Source: the human T2T-CHM13v2.0 reference genome, Homo sapiens
NCBI RefSeq assembly: GCF_009914755.1
Contig: NC_060936.1
Direction: 5' to 3' (one strand)
DNA length: 64,000 nt
The position numbers and the translations under genes are program-made. The notes under the pieces are model-generated. The model did not search any database, had not been told where the DNA came from, and was given only the letters and a program-made list of their open reading frames with translations. Of the stretch, positions 13,610-27,016 are shown in pieces; the stretch's first letter is position 1; the number at the start of each line of letters is the position of its first letter.

Positions 13610-13875
13610 CTTGGAGGGGCTGGGAGGCAATGTAAGTGGATGCGGGAGAGAAAGGGCCGGATGGAGAGGTCCTCCTGACAAAAGCTATGACCTTCAGAAG
13701 AATATACCCCAGCCTGTCTCTCCTCCCTCCCTCCAGTCTCCTGCTGGTGCCTCCCATTGGACAAACCCAACCAGAAGCCAGAGGGCCAGGAGCCTGCTGG
13801 TGCTCACACACGGGTCAGCCTCCCAGGGCACAGAGCAGGATGGAGGATGAATGGGTCTGGAGGCGCAAATAGAAA
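13610..13875 (-). mobile_element. ERVL LTR remnant (LTR33-like)
   Basis: ccctccagtctcctgctggtgcctcccattggacaaacccaaccagaagccagaggg motif. Confidence 0.6.
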
Positions 13876-16659
13876 TTATCAAGCAAAGCTACTTTATTAT
13901 TAAGTTGAACCACATGACGCTGCCATTATGCAACCATTTTTGTACTATAAAAATAGCAAATTAATATGTTTAACCCAACAAATAATAGAGCAGGAGAGTC
14001 AGGAGCCTCATTTATATGAGACCCATATTTGAGTCACTGGACCAGCATGACCTTGACAAACCTTGGCCTCAATTTCCTGGCCTATAAAATGGGAATGCTA
14101 TGTCTCCCATCTAAAATTTGTGAAATGCCCCTCAGATGTGAGGACCAGGACTGCTGCCATTTTTTAAAGGAGAAAAATGCCCCTCTCTGCTGTGAGCATT
14201 TTGTCTCTGAGGCAGAGGAGGGAGCAGGACGCCATTTGTGGTCTTCCGTGGCTTGATGAGATTTAGAGCTGCAGATAAGTCAACTCCAGCTGAGTTTTAA
14301 TCAGAATGAATTTCACTGCAGCCTGGGCCTGAGTGGCAGCCAGGGGCCATTAAGCTAAATGACTTGTTTTAATATGGAGACCTGTCTAATCACATTTTCT
14401 GTGTGGGGCCAGTGTGTCTGTGTGTGCATGTGTTGAGTGCTGAAATCAATTCTGAGCCTTTGCCTTTTCCCTGCTTACCACAATGTAGCTGGGGCAGAGA
14501 TAAGCCAGGTTAACAGCATGACAAAAGCAAGTTTCCGCTTTATCAAGGAATTGGGTAATTGGCTGGACCATGCAGGGAGCCCTGAAGAGTGTTCTGTTGA
14601 ACGATGTCTGGTGTTAAGGTTTTGTAGACACAGGGCTCACAGAGACTCCCATAACCCAGGGGAGGAAGGAAAAGTTTTGGGTTCCCCTATCCAGCAGGAG
14701 ACATTCGCCTCAGGAAGGTCAATCCTGGATGCTCTGCCCTGCCTCCAGTGGAGTCATGTACTATATTTATTTCTGTGGGCTCATTTCAAATGCACGCTCT
14801 GTTGTGACCTCCTGGCTGCACGTCTTCCAGCAAATGACTTTACCCCTCCAGGCTTCAGTTTCCCCATCTGTAAAAGTGGGTCATGTAAGATCCTGTTTTC
14901 TACGATCATTACCAAGATCAAATAAGACGTTGCATGTGAAACATTTGGTGCAGCTTCTGGCCCATAGAAAACACAGGCAGGCTGGGTTAGGTTGTGCTGT
15001 GCTGACCATTTCCAAAGTTTCAGATTTGTTTCTCACTCATACTACTTGGATATGGTGAGATAACAGGGGATGTCTTCAGAGCTGGGACCCAGGCTGAGGA
15101 AGGCTCTATCTTCATATGTACATGATTGTCCAGATAGGAAAAGGGTAATGTGGTGAGTATGCACTGGCTTTGAAGCTTCCACTTGGAAACGTTCTTTGGT
15201 CGAAACAGGTCATGTGGCCACTCCCAGCTTCCCCAGGGAAAGGGAGGGCCAATCTCACCACACAAGTCATTAACACTAAAGACAACGACGGTACTCAACA
15301 AATGACCCACGCTTGAGAATTATATTATTATTATTATTATTAGTGTATTACTATTGTAGTTATTTCCATAATCCATCATTGTTTTCCTCCATGTACTTAC
15401 TCTGGTTTCAGAAAGGCTGAGATATTTCATTCCAGTGCAGAAACTGGACTCCCATCTCTTAGGAAAACATAACTGAGATTATTATTCATAATAAATTAAG
15501 GATAGCTTCTACTTGACAACGGCATGTTTTGTGCCAGGCTCTGGACTAAGGACTTCAGATAAGTGATTTCATTTAATCCTCACAGTTCCATTTTGAGGTG
15601 GGTTCTGTTTTTGTCCCTGCTCTACAGATGAGGAAACTGAGGTGTTGGAAGGTAAGTAAACTTGCCCAAGGTGACCTGGCTCATAAATGGAAGAATGGAC
15701 TTGAACCCCAAACCCATACCCTTAGTCACCTTGCTGAGCTGTCTGCTAAGAGCAGGGGATCTTAGTCTCTGGATCTTCAAATGGAAGTTGGGGTTGGCTG
15801 AGTGGAGATGCTATGCACTATCATTGTTGATCCACAGAAATAGGGATTCAGCCCTGGCCCCACTTTCTCTTTTTAGCCCTGTTTCCCCTTCCTCCCTGTC
15901 TTCCATCTACCCAGGATCCATCCCCATGGGTCTTTCTATTCCCAAAATGTTTCATGTCCATTGCAGCCTCTGAACCCTGTTTACTCACTTCCCCATCCGT
16001 TCCTCCATCCTTTATCCTCACACACCCCAGCTCAGCCTTCAAGGTCCAGCCCAAATGTTCCCTTCTCTGGGAAGACACCCCCACCCCCACCCCAGGCAGA
16101 ACCAATCCCACAGTCTGTCAGCTCCCAGGGAATTTTATACATTTACAAAATATAAATCTTTTCTAGAAATGCACACGTGTGTGTGTGTGTGCACCCCCCA
16201 CCCCCCGCACACGCAGCCTTTTTAGAGGAGGGAAGAAATTGGTCTTTGCTTTTAATTAATGCCAGCTCTCTCATCCTGACTTTTAATACTGCCACCTCAT
16301 TTGTCTTATTAAGTAGTTAGTTTTGCTTTTAATTAGTGTTGTTTATTGTCACTGAATTTTAATTGTCGTTGTAAGGTCTCAGCGGGCCTTAGTGGGGATG
16401 TATTAGAAACACTTTCTGTCCTCCAAGGAGCTTGGATGGCAGTGCCTCTGAGGTAGAGGAGGGAAGGATTCAAGGGGGTTGCTGAAGGCTGGTGTATTTT
16501 TCTCCAGGCTTCAGTCAATTCTGGTTGTCTTTGGAATCCCTGTTTGCTGCAAGGTAGCTTGGTCTCACCCAGAAGATACACAGAGAAAACTCAGGAAAAT
16601 GGCAGGAATTTGATTCAAATTGGACTTGAATTTGACTTCTCAACTTAAGAAGAACAAAA

Positions 16660-16960
16660 GGCCGGGCATGGTGGCTCACGCCTGTAATCCCAGCACTCTG
16701 GGAGGCTGAGGCGGGCAGATCACGAGGTCAGGAGATCGAGACCATGGTGAAACCCCGTCTCTACTAAAAATACAAAAAATTAGCCGGGCACAGTGGTGAG
16801 CGCCTGTAGTCCCAGCTACTCGGGGGGCTGAGGCAGGAGAATGGCGAGAATCCGGGAGGCAGAGCTTCAGTGAGCCGAGATCGCGCCACTGCACTCCAGC
16901 CTGGGCGACAGAGTGAGATTCTGTCTCAAGAAGAATAAAAAAAAAAAAAAAAAAAAAAAA
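16660..16960 (+). mobile_element. Alu (AluY-like) with a ~12-nt deletion in the left arm
   Basis: cacgaggtcaggagatcgagaccat|ggtgaaacc; gagaatggcg; long A tail. Confidence 0.95.
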
Positions 16961-17659
16961 GAAGGGTGGAGAGGGGACATATTGGTCCATAGTAGCCCAA
17001 AAGGCTATGATAGATTGATAGATTCAGGCATGGCTGGATCCAGCATTCCAACAGCATCATCAGGAATCAGTCTCTATCTCCCAGCTTTTATCCTTTACCA
17101 GGCTTTTCTTGTGTGTTGGCAAAAGTGATCAATAGCAGCTATAGAATTCTGTTCTATCAGTTTAGCAGCCCAATGGAAAGAGAATGCTTCTTTCCACATA
17201 GTTCCAGCAAAAGACCAACTCAGGTCATGTACCTATCCTTGAACCAATCACAGCAGCCTAAGGGGTGTAATACACTGATGGGCCAGGCACAGGTCATTGG
17301 CCCACCTCTAAGGACTAGGGTTGGATGAGCCCCACCTGGACCACACAGATTGATACTGAGAGAGGATGTTTTCCCAAAAGAAAATTGGGGTGACTTTACC
17401 AACAAAAGGCTATCCAGATAAATGCTGGGTAGGCAAATGCAATAGATGTCTACCCTAGAGATCCACTGCAGTATCTCACTCAGGCTTAAGCAAACACCTA
17501 GGATTTAGACCTTTGTTTCTCTCCCCAGCTCTGCCCTCAAATAACACTAACAGTGTCCTCCCTGACTGATACTTGGAAAACACTTTAAATTACAAGGCCC
17601 CTTCACATGAATTAACTCATTGGTTCCTCTCAACAACCCTGCAAGACAGGCATAAGAAG

Positions 17660-18035
<376 letters not shown>

Positions 18036-18164
18036 AAGAATAGGAATTTTTACATCCTCATTTTACAGATGCAAAACTTGCTTAGAGTCATGCAGAGACT
18101 AAAAAGGGGAGGTAGGATTGGATCCCAGTGCTCTGGGTCTGAAGCCAGCAATTGTCTCACTGCA

Positions 18165-18705
18165 AGAGGCTGCTTCACCAGCCAGTTTTTGCTGTGTAAC
18201 AAACCACCCCACAAAATAGTGGCTTAGAACAACAACCATTTATTTACCTTATGATTCTCTGGGTTGGCAATTGGGTTGAGTTCAGCTGGGTTCAGCTAGG
18301 CCAAACTTGGATGATCTTGGCTGGGCTTGTTCGTGTGTCTGTGGTCATCCTGTATTTTGGCTGGGACTGGCTGGTGTGTGACAGGACAGCCTTAGCAGCT
18401 TGGACAGCTGTGGCCTCTTGCCTTATGATTGCTCATTCTCCAGCAGGCTAGCCTGGTTTCTCAAATGGTGATTGCAGGGTTGCTAAAAAAATAGCAAAAG
18501 AGACCAGGCTCTGAAGGGCTAGTATTTCCAAGCCTCTGAATGCATCACATCTTCTACTGTCCCGTTGGCCACAGAAAGTCTTAGAGCCAATTCAGATTCC
18601 GTGGGTGGGGAAATAGATTTCACCTCTGGATGGTAGGAGCTGAAAAGGACAAGGATACAGAAAGGGAAGACATGGGGCTATTTTTTGTGATCAATTCACC
18701 CCATC
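18165..18705 (-). mobile_element. MaLR LTR remnant (MLT1-type)
   Basis: ttgctgtgtaacaaaccacccc...agtggcttagaacaacaaccatttattt...attggcc. Confidence 0.65.
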
Positions 18706-20029
18706 TGCAGTGAGCTTACCTCTCTATTTCCTGAGCTGGGGGAGAAAGAGGGTACCAAATACACCTTTAGGGAGCAATGCTGGTGGAGGAAATTTGGAGC
18801 ACCGTGAAATCTATGGAAGCATTTAGTGCTTTTCCAATCACATCATATAAGTTATGCTCCACTTTAGCTGCTGGAGAGAACGAACACTGATGGACGATGA
18901 TGGAGATATTGATAATAGTGACAATAATTAATGTTTACTGAGCACATACTATGTTCCAAGTACCACGTTTTCTTTCTTGCCTTCATTTTCAAACCCCATT
19001 CTTCACAACAATCCTGGAGGCAGCATAGTAGAGTGATTAAACATGCAACATTGCATCAGATCCTGTAGGTACAAATCCCAGATCTGCCGGTCGCTGGCTG
19101 GGTGGGTAAGTCACTTAGTCTTCTAAGCCTCGGTATCTCCATCTGCAAAATGGAGATAATACTTGTACCTTCCTTAATGGGTGTTTGGGAGAGTTCAATG
19201 AAGCCATCCACTGCAAGCATTTAGTCCAGACCCAGGTACAACCTAAGCAGCCATTATGATGAAGTAGGTAGTGCTGGGATGACCATACTCATTTTATCAA
19301 TGAGGAAACAGGCCCACAGACATTATGTATCTGCCCAAGGCCATGCAGCTTGTAAGTGGCAGAGCAGTGGAGGATGAACTCTGTGCCTACTTTAAAATCT
19401 GTGAAATGGGGACTGTCCTGTGGGGTTATTTAGAGGCTCATGGCAGGCACCATCTGTTATTGCTATGTGGCAATGGGAGAACCATATGGAGGGGACAGTG
19501 AGTTTGCTTTGTTGTTTCAAGGCCAGGAACACAAAGTCACCTTTGTCTCTAGGACCTCCCAGGCCTGTCTCTGTCATTGTCTCTGGCACCAACCAGATTG
19601 GCATGGAAGGAGCCAAGCTCTTGTCGTTTCAGCCTTAGTCGGCTTCAGGGAAGGCTGAGAATGTCCCAGCTGGCTCTAGGAACAAGGAAAAGCCAACAGC
19701 AGCCTGTACCGTCTGGACGGGACTGGATGTGTAAGGGCTGCTGGAGTCCCATGAGAGAAGGCAGGAATGACCAGGCGGGCAGGCAAGTGAAGGGGCACTC
19801 GGCTCCATCAAGCACAGTAGACAAAGCAGGAGGTCGCCGTCTTTCTCTTTGGTGTCCCAAGTGTCCTTGTCATAGTAAGGGTTTGTAGAAATCCCAACAG
19901 CCTGGAAAATAGTCAACTCTGGATGCATATTTGAGATGGAATAGAATATACTCAGCTTGCATCACTGTTCAGAGGCTTTCTGGGTCTCCTGCATCTCTCA
20001 GGCCAGAAGTTTACATGGTCTTCATGATC

Positions 20030-20515
20030 TGACACCCACCCCCACCACCACCACTCTGATCTCAGCTCCCTCTTGCTCTCTTTACTCCAACCACTCTGTC
20101 TTCCTTACCATTTCTCCAACTTACCAAGCACATGCCTGCCCCAGGGCCTTTGCATTTACTTTTTCCTCTGCCTGAAATGCTCTCCCCCAGATGGCCATGT
20201 GGCTCAGTTTATTACCCACTTTGGGTCTTTGCTCAAATAGCATCTCTCAGTGAGGCTCCCTCTGACCACCTATTTAAAATCACACTTCCCCCCAAGTTCC
20301 CAATCATCCTTCCCTCTTTTATTTTTCTCTAAAGCACTCATCACCTGTGGACACATTTAATATTCTACTTGTTTGCTTATTGTCAGTCTTCCCTACTAGA
20401 AGGTATGTTCCATGAGGACAATAATTTTTGTCTTTGTTTGTTTTAATGTTATATCCCCTGTGCCTAGAACAGTGTCTGGCACATAGTAATGGTAAATGTT
20501 CCATAAATATTTTTT
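20030..20515 (+). mobile_element. L2 LINE 3' region
   Basis: cagggcctttgcatttact...cctagaacagtgtctggcacatagta...taaatattt. Confidence 0.75.
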
Positions 20516-22589
20516 AATTCTTCTAATTTCCCAAGAGAAGCTGGCAATCTGTGTTTTTAATTAAATCCTGCGCTTTTAAGATATTGATTGAATTTTACCC
20601 TTAAAAAAAAAAAAACCCCTTCATGGGCCAAACAAAACATTTTCAGCCTGGATTCTGTTCATGGACACTCGTGCTTCCCCCAATGTGAGGCCCTTTTGTT
20701 AAAGTACATTTTCCACCCCATCAAATAGTCAGAGTGATTTTTTCCAGATACCTAGTTGAGCAGTGATATACTGCACTCAGGGGAAGAGACAAGGGGCAAG
20801 GAAAGAGATCAAGAGATGGAACTGTCTGGGCATTGTCCAAACTTGTGGCTGCAGGTTCTGCTGCAAAGCGTCTGGTTTAATTCCAAGACTGTTGGGATAG
20901 GGAGGCCAACTGTGGCATTGAACTCCACGCAGACAGCTGCAGCTCCTGCCGGTTCCCTGCAGTGCCCTGAAGTGCTGCATAAAATCCCTGCCAGCCCAGC
21001 CCCGCTGGGTCACGTTCAGACACCTGCCACAGCAACTCAGAAACTAAATAGGCTTTGCGTTGTTTTTTCCATTCAACTACAACTAGCAGAAAACCCTGGA
21101 GATTTTGGGGGATGGAACCACTGTTCCTTAGCAAGCGATGCTAAGGAGAGCCAGGGGAGAAGCAGGCAGAACCAATGGCAAAGGAGGAGAAGGGAGGACC
21201 CTGGAATCTGGGTTACCTGGGGTTAGGACAGAGTCTTTGTAGCAGTCTGAGATTCCAGGTCTGAGATTCAGTCTAAGATTCAGATTCATCCAGCTATCCA
21301 GTGCTTATTATTAGACGTTTAGATTGTTTGAAGGAATTTAAGCAGAACCTTGGAAAGTTCACTTAAACTTTCCTCAACTCAGTTATCCCATCTGTAAAAT
21401 GGGACAAGAAGAGCACATACCTCATAAGGCTGTTGTGAGGATTGAGGAGATAAAACTTGAAAGGTGCTTAGCATGGAGTAAGCCCTTGATATTTGAACTT
21501 TCAGTTGTTGTTGTTGCTTCTTTTGTTACTGAAAGTAGATGATTCTTTAGAGTTTGTACAAGGACTGTAGGGGAATTTCTGTCCAGCTAAGAAAGAAGAG
21601 CTGGAGTCTCTGGTTTCAGGAGAAGAAGTCATTTTATGCTTTTGAAGTTGCAGCTGCAGGGCTGGATTTAAGCCACTGCCTTGGCCTTACCCAAGCCAAA
21701 GTATGTGATCTCTCAGTGTAGCCTGGGAGAGGGCTGGGTGGGTAGGTATCTCTTTGTCTCTGAGGCTGAGAGGTGAAAATGCACCCAGGGGCCAGAGGGC
21801 CAGGAATGGACAATCACCAATCCTCTAGACACTTATCAGAACCCAACAATCCAAAGCCCAGGGGCAATGAACGGGTGTGAACAGAGTAGTGAGTAAGCAC
21901 ATGGGCTTTGGAGTCAGGGTCCAAACCCCAGTTCTGCTACTTGGTAGCTGTATGATTTTGAGCAAGTAGCTTAGCCACCCTGAGCCTGAATTTTCTTACC
22001 TGTAAAATGAGGATAATACCATCTACCTTGGAGTAGGATTGTAAGGAGTAAAGCAAATAATGTAGGTATGGAATTTGGTGCATAGCAGGTGCTCAGAAAA
22101 TTGTAAGTCATCATCCTATACCCGATAAGTATAGGAGAAGCAGGAAAAGAGAATTACCACTTTACAAGTCTTTGCTGTGTGCTAGGGAGTGTAGCTGATG
22201 CTTACTTAAACTTATCAGCTCAGTGATGCCAAGTTTCTGCAGTGGTCCTAGGGCTGGAATTTGGTACTATTTATGTGACACTTACATTTATACTTTTGCT
22301 TCTTGTATCCATGGTTGGTTTCCTTCTTCTGGTGCTCCCTGGGCCTCAGGCCTCCAGTCTATTATGACGATGGTTTCTCTGTAGTGAGTGATGGGAAAGT
22401 GGGGAGTGGTTTGAGAATGTCTGAGGTTCACCACTAGACTTTCTCCATTTCTGTTGACTCACCCTCAACTCCTCATGAAGAGTTGGCTTTCATGAAGTAT
22501 CATCTGCAGGCCAGTAGGAAAACATCTTAGGAGAACATTTTAGGATCACGCTGTGTTGGATTAGAAAACAGCTAAGTGACCACTAGGGG

Positions 22590-23100
22590 TGATGTAATGA
22601 GCTCGTGGAGCAGAACCATGCTTCCCTGAGATTCTCCTGTCTCCTCCCACACAAGGTCAAGTTCCCTAGAAGCAGAACCTGAGATGTGCATTCTTGTACT
22701 AGTGATGGACTCAGGGAGTGCTCCAAGGAGGAACCTGCTAGGGAATGAGGGAAGCAGGAAAGGGCAGCAGAGGAAGCTAGGCGAGGGCGTGGCTTCACCT
22801 GAAGTCTGGCCTCAGCCCAATCCTCAGGGAGCTCTGGAGTGTGATGGCAGCACACAGCCGTCTTGCCCTAGAAGAAGGGGGCTGTACTTTTCTACCCTCC
22901 TCTTATTCATTAGCCATTGGCTTTGTGCTGCTCCCTGGTATCTCTGGGCAAAGCAGCTCCTGTTGGATGAGGGCGATTCTCTGGAAAATGGTGCTGCTAT
23001 GAGCCCTTAGTGTAGCCCTTCATGGCTAACACTCCTAGAGGCTGGGATTGGGAGGATGCACCAGCTGTAGGGGGGATCCAGATGAGGAATCAACAGTGAC
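22590..23100. mobile_element. ERVL LTR remnant (LTR16-like)
   Basis: gttccctagaagcagaacctgagatg...ggagtgctcca...cctcagcccaatcctcagggagctctggag. Confidence 0.5.
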
Positions 23101-24520
23101 TATTAGGGTGCCTCCCCCCAACTGCATCTCCACCTCCATCCCAGATCTGCCGGTGGACACATGCCTTCCTGTCCCTGGGCCTGTTTCTCTAGTTGTTCAA
23201 ATATCCTTGATTGCTTGAACATTTTCCTCTTCTGGTCCAGGCCTGGTAGACTGGGGTAAGCACCAGATAAAGAGTCCAATCCTGGGATGTTAAGTGCATT
23301 GAGAGTCCCAAGTGGCCAAGCTGAAATAACCAGGGCTGTCCAGGGTGGCTTCTGGCCTGGAGGGATGGAGCTGGGTGGTTTCCACTGGGTGGTCAGCCAG
23401 GGAGTTTAGACTTTGCAGGTGGAATTTTAGTGGGAAACATACCCCTGGTGTGCGTGACTGAACAAAGGAGAGTGCGAGCAGGCCAGATTCTGCCCTGAGG
23501 ATGATGGAATTTGGAGATCAGAGTTCCTGGGAGGTGATCATGTGTCTCCTTTATCCCAGACCTACCTTCCTCCCAGGATCTCCAAGGCCAGTGTCTTCTC
23601 TCTGCTGCAAAGCAGAAGATGAAACCTTCAGTTACAGTTTCAGCTTTCTAGACCAACTGCAGCCGAGGAAGCTCATTCTCGGGGACTGAGCCTCTTTGCA
23701 CTCAGCAGGGGCCAGAGGTCCTCCAGGTGGGGGGCTCCAGGGAAGCCTGCTCAGCTCTCACCACAGGCAATAATGAGACATTAAAGTTCTTTTTCAGCAA
23801 ATTTCTTTCACAACAGGAGCTGTCTCTCCTTTCTGTTTTTGAAGTAGAAACAATGAAATGCCCATATTAATCTGGGAAGATGATGTTAACCACATGGGAG
23901 CAGATGAAATAGCTTTACTGTAAGGGATCTTCTCTGCTACGGGTCCAACCAGCATTCCCCTCCGGTTTCTCACACACAAAGATTGAATAATTACAAAGGA
24001 TACAGGACAGGAGAGGGAGGTCACTGTGTGTTCACCTCCCAAGTTATCTATTCAGCGTCACAGGAAACAAGACCTACAGGGAAATCAGGACCCCCTAGAC
24101 ACGCCAATCTACTTTCTATTTGTTTTTAAAATAATTACTGCAATCTCCACGTGGTCTCTCCCCCCCTTACTCTTGGTGGGACCTTCAGAGGGGTGGGGTC
24201 GGGGGCAGGTTCAGAAAGAACGGAAGCCTGGCTGAGTTGAGCCGCACTGACAGTGTTGATGGAGACTCTTTCACACATTCAGCAAATTTTCATTACGTAC
24301 CTTCTAGGCGCCAGACTCTATGCTAGTGTTGGAGATTAAGCCGTGAACAAAACGGAAAAAGTTCCGCACGGCTTACCTGTTAGCAGGGGGATTCAAGCTC
24401 TAAGCAAAGACACAAACATAAAAATAAACAACTTATATTAAATTGGGGTAGTGATAAGAGCTAGGAGGAAAACTAAATCAGAGTAAAGGAGGCCAGAATG
24501 GAGAAGCGGGAGGAGGAACT

Positions 24521-24737
24521 ATTTTATTTATTTATTTATTTAGGTCATTTTCTTTTTCTAAAAAATACATATTTTATTTTAACTTCTAGGGTACATGTGC
24601 AGGATGTGCAGGTCTGTCACTCAGGTAAACGTGTGCCATATGGTAGTGTGTTGCACCCATCAGCTCATCACCTAGGTATTAAGCCCTGCATGCATTAGCT
24701 ATTTATCCTGAAGCTCTCCCTACACCGACCCCCTGTG
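24521..24737 (-). mobile_element. 5'-truncated L1PA 3' end (antisense), inserted in an L2
   Basis: gggtacatgtgcaggatgtgcagg...cacctaggtattaagccctgcatgcattagctatttatcctg. Degenerate TSD GGAACTATTTTA (24515) / GGAGCTGTTTTA (24738). Confidence 0.85.
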
Positions 24738-25089
24738 GGAGCTGTTTTAAACTGAGCGGTCAGGGAGGCCCTCTTGGACGAGGTGCATTTAGGAATAAAC
24801 CTACACGAAGGGATAGAGAGAGCCAGACAGGCATCTGCAAGAAGGCTTCCGGGCTGAGGGAAGAGCAAGTGGGAATGTGCTGGGGATGTTGAGGGAGCAG
24901 CAGGAAGGCCTTTGGGGCTGGGAAAGAGGGCGTGAGAAGAGTGGAAGGAAAAGAGAAGGAGGCTGCAGGGAGCCAGCGTGTGCTAAGGGGTTTAGATTTT
25001 AGTCTAGGAGCAACAGGGAGCCATTGAAGACTCTTGAGCAAAAGAGTGACATAACTGACTTGCTTTTTCGGGATGAAGGGAAGGCCATA

Positions 25090-26130
25090 AAGTACACACA
25101 TCTCAAGAGTTTAGCTTGATGGCCTTTGCAGATGTATATACCTGGTTAGTGGCCACCCAGATCAAGATATGGAATATCTTCACCCCATGGAGGCCCCCTT
25201 CTGCCCCTTCTGAATCAATAGCCTCCCCAAAGTAAGCAATTTATTTGCCCCAATTTCTGTCACTACCAAATAGCTTTGTCTTTTCTTAACTCTTGTGTCA
25301 ATATAATCAAACAGTGTGTTCTCTTTTGTTCCTGGCATCTTTCACTAAACATAACATCTATGGGTTCATCCATGGTGTTACATGCGCTGTATCAGAAGCT
25401 TGTCTGTCATTGCTCACCAGCATTCCACTGTACAAATAAACCACAATGGCTTTATCTGCTCTCTGTTGATAGGCATTTGGATTGTTCCTGTGTTAAGCTA
25501 TTATGAATAAAGCTGCTATAAACATTCTTGTACATGTCTTAGAACATAAGCACTTTTTTCTTGGGTGTATACCTGAGTATATTTCTCAGGTATATACCTG
25601 AGTAGAATTCCTGAGCCACAGAGTAGATGGACTTTTAGCTAACAGATACTGCCAAACAGTGTTCCAAAGTGGTGACACCATTTTTTTCAGCTTTATTGAG
25701 ATATAACTCACAGATAATATAATTCACCCATTTAAAGTGGACAATTCCATGGCTGTTAGTATTCTCACAGAGTTGTGGATCCATCACCATCATCAACTTT
25801 AGAATATTTTCACTGTCCTTACAAAGAAACGCTGCACCCCAGCACCTCCCCCAGCCTGGGCAACCACTAATCTCATTTTTATCTTTTATAGATTTTCCTA
25901 TTCTGTATACTTTATATAGGTGGAATCTCAAAATATATGGTGTTTTGTGTCTGGCTTCTTTCAGTTAGCATCATGTTTTCGAGGTTCACCTATGTCATAG
26001 CGTATGTCAATACTTCATCTGTTTTTATGGCAGAATAATGCTACATGGATATACCACATTTTGTTGATCTGCTCATCAGTTGGTGAATACTGGGCTGTTT
26101 CTACTTTGTGGTTATTATGAATAATGAATG
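25090..26130 (-). mobile_element. Old L1M 3'UTR fragments (antisense, nested)
   Basis: gctattatgaataaagctgctataaacattcttgtacatg; cagctttattgagatataa...aattcacccatttaaagtg; ggatataccacattttg. Confidence 0.75.
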
Positions 26131-26331
26131 AAATAGGACAAGGGTAGATGGAGAAAGACCAAGGAGGAGTCAATTGCATTAAGTCAGGCAGGGATAGTGG
26201 CAGTTTGGATCAGCATAGTAGCAATGCAGGCTGAAAGGAGTAGGCAGATCCTAAATCTATTTTAAAGATCAAGACAATACCATTTTCTGATAGCTTGGAT
26301 GTAGAGTATTTTTTTTTAAAAAAGGCAGGGA

Positions 26332-26540
26332 CACATGGACACAGGAAAGGGAACATCACACACCGGGGCCTATCCTGGGGTGGGGGGCCAGGGGAGGGAG
26401 AGCATTAGAAGGAATACCTAATGTAGATGATGGGTTGATGGGTGCAGCAAACCACTATGGCACATGTATACCTATGTAACAAACCTGCACGTTCTGCATA
26501 TGTATCCCGGAACTTAAGTATAATAAAAAAAAAAGGGAAA
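26332..26540 (+). mobile_element. 5'-truncated L1PA 3' end (sense) with poly(A) tail and 14-bp TSD
   Basis: cacatggacacagg...ggcacatgtatacctatgtaacaaacctgcacgttctgca...aataaa. TSD AAAAAAGGCAGGGA at 26318-26331 and 26541-26554. Confidence 0.93.
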
Positions 26541-26927
26541 AAAAAAGGCAGGGATGACTCCACAACAACTAAGTCAGATGACTTGCTCAGTAGAAAGACC
26601 CTGGATTCGAGTTAAGAACTCTGGCCCACACACTGCTGGGGGTGCAGTAGGCTTCCCTCAACATTCCCTCAACAGTGAATGGGAAGAGCTTGGATTTAGG
26701 TGAGGGGGTTCTTCCCTCTGGTGCATTTCTTGCCACGGGGTAGCTGTGACTTCCAGCAAGACACTTTCCCTCTTAGGGTCTCAGACTCCCCATCTGGAAA
26801 ATGAAGAAACTGGATTTAGTTCTCTGTCTTCTCTATCCCACTGGGTGTGTGGCATAAAGCAGGGATTTGGGAACTAAGGAGTGGCTGAATGATGGGGTGA
26901 TGTCCTCTCTGGATTGATGTTTTCCAG

Positions 26928-26945
26928 GAGCACTAGACATCTACT
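26928..26945 (+). other. RPH3A: 5'UTR part of the first coding exon of RPH3A
   Basis: Acceptor gttttccAG (AG 26926-26927). In-frame TAG at 26934-26936 upstream of the ATG; actATG has A at -3. Confidence 0.88.
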
Positions 26946-27016
26946 ATGACTGACACCGTGTTCAGCAACAGTTCTAACCGTTGGATGTACCCCAGTGACC
27001 GGCCCCTTCAATCAAA
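26946..27016 (+). CDS. RPH3A: Rabphilin-3A first coding exon, MTDTVFSNSSNRWMYPSDRPLQS(+AA), ends in phase 2
   Basis: Manual translation from ATG 26946 matches the rabphilin-3A N-terminus. Donor AAA|GTAAGT at 27017. Confidence 0.96.

Noticed and set aside
21245-21287. Short GTCTGAGATTCA tandem copies
   Set aside because: Ordinary slippage micro-duplication with no further structure.
26925-26930. NAGNAG (CAG GAG) acceptor at the first coding exon
   Set aside because: GAG is a poor distal acceptor and would only alter the 5'UTR by 3 nt.
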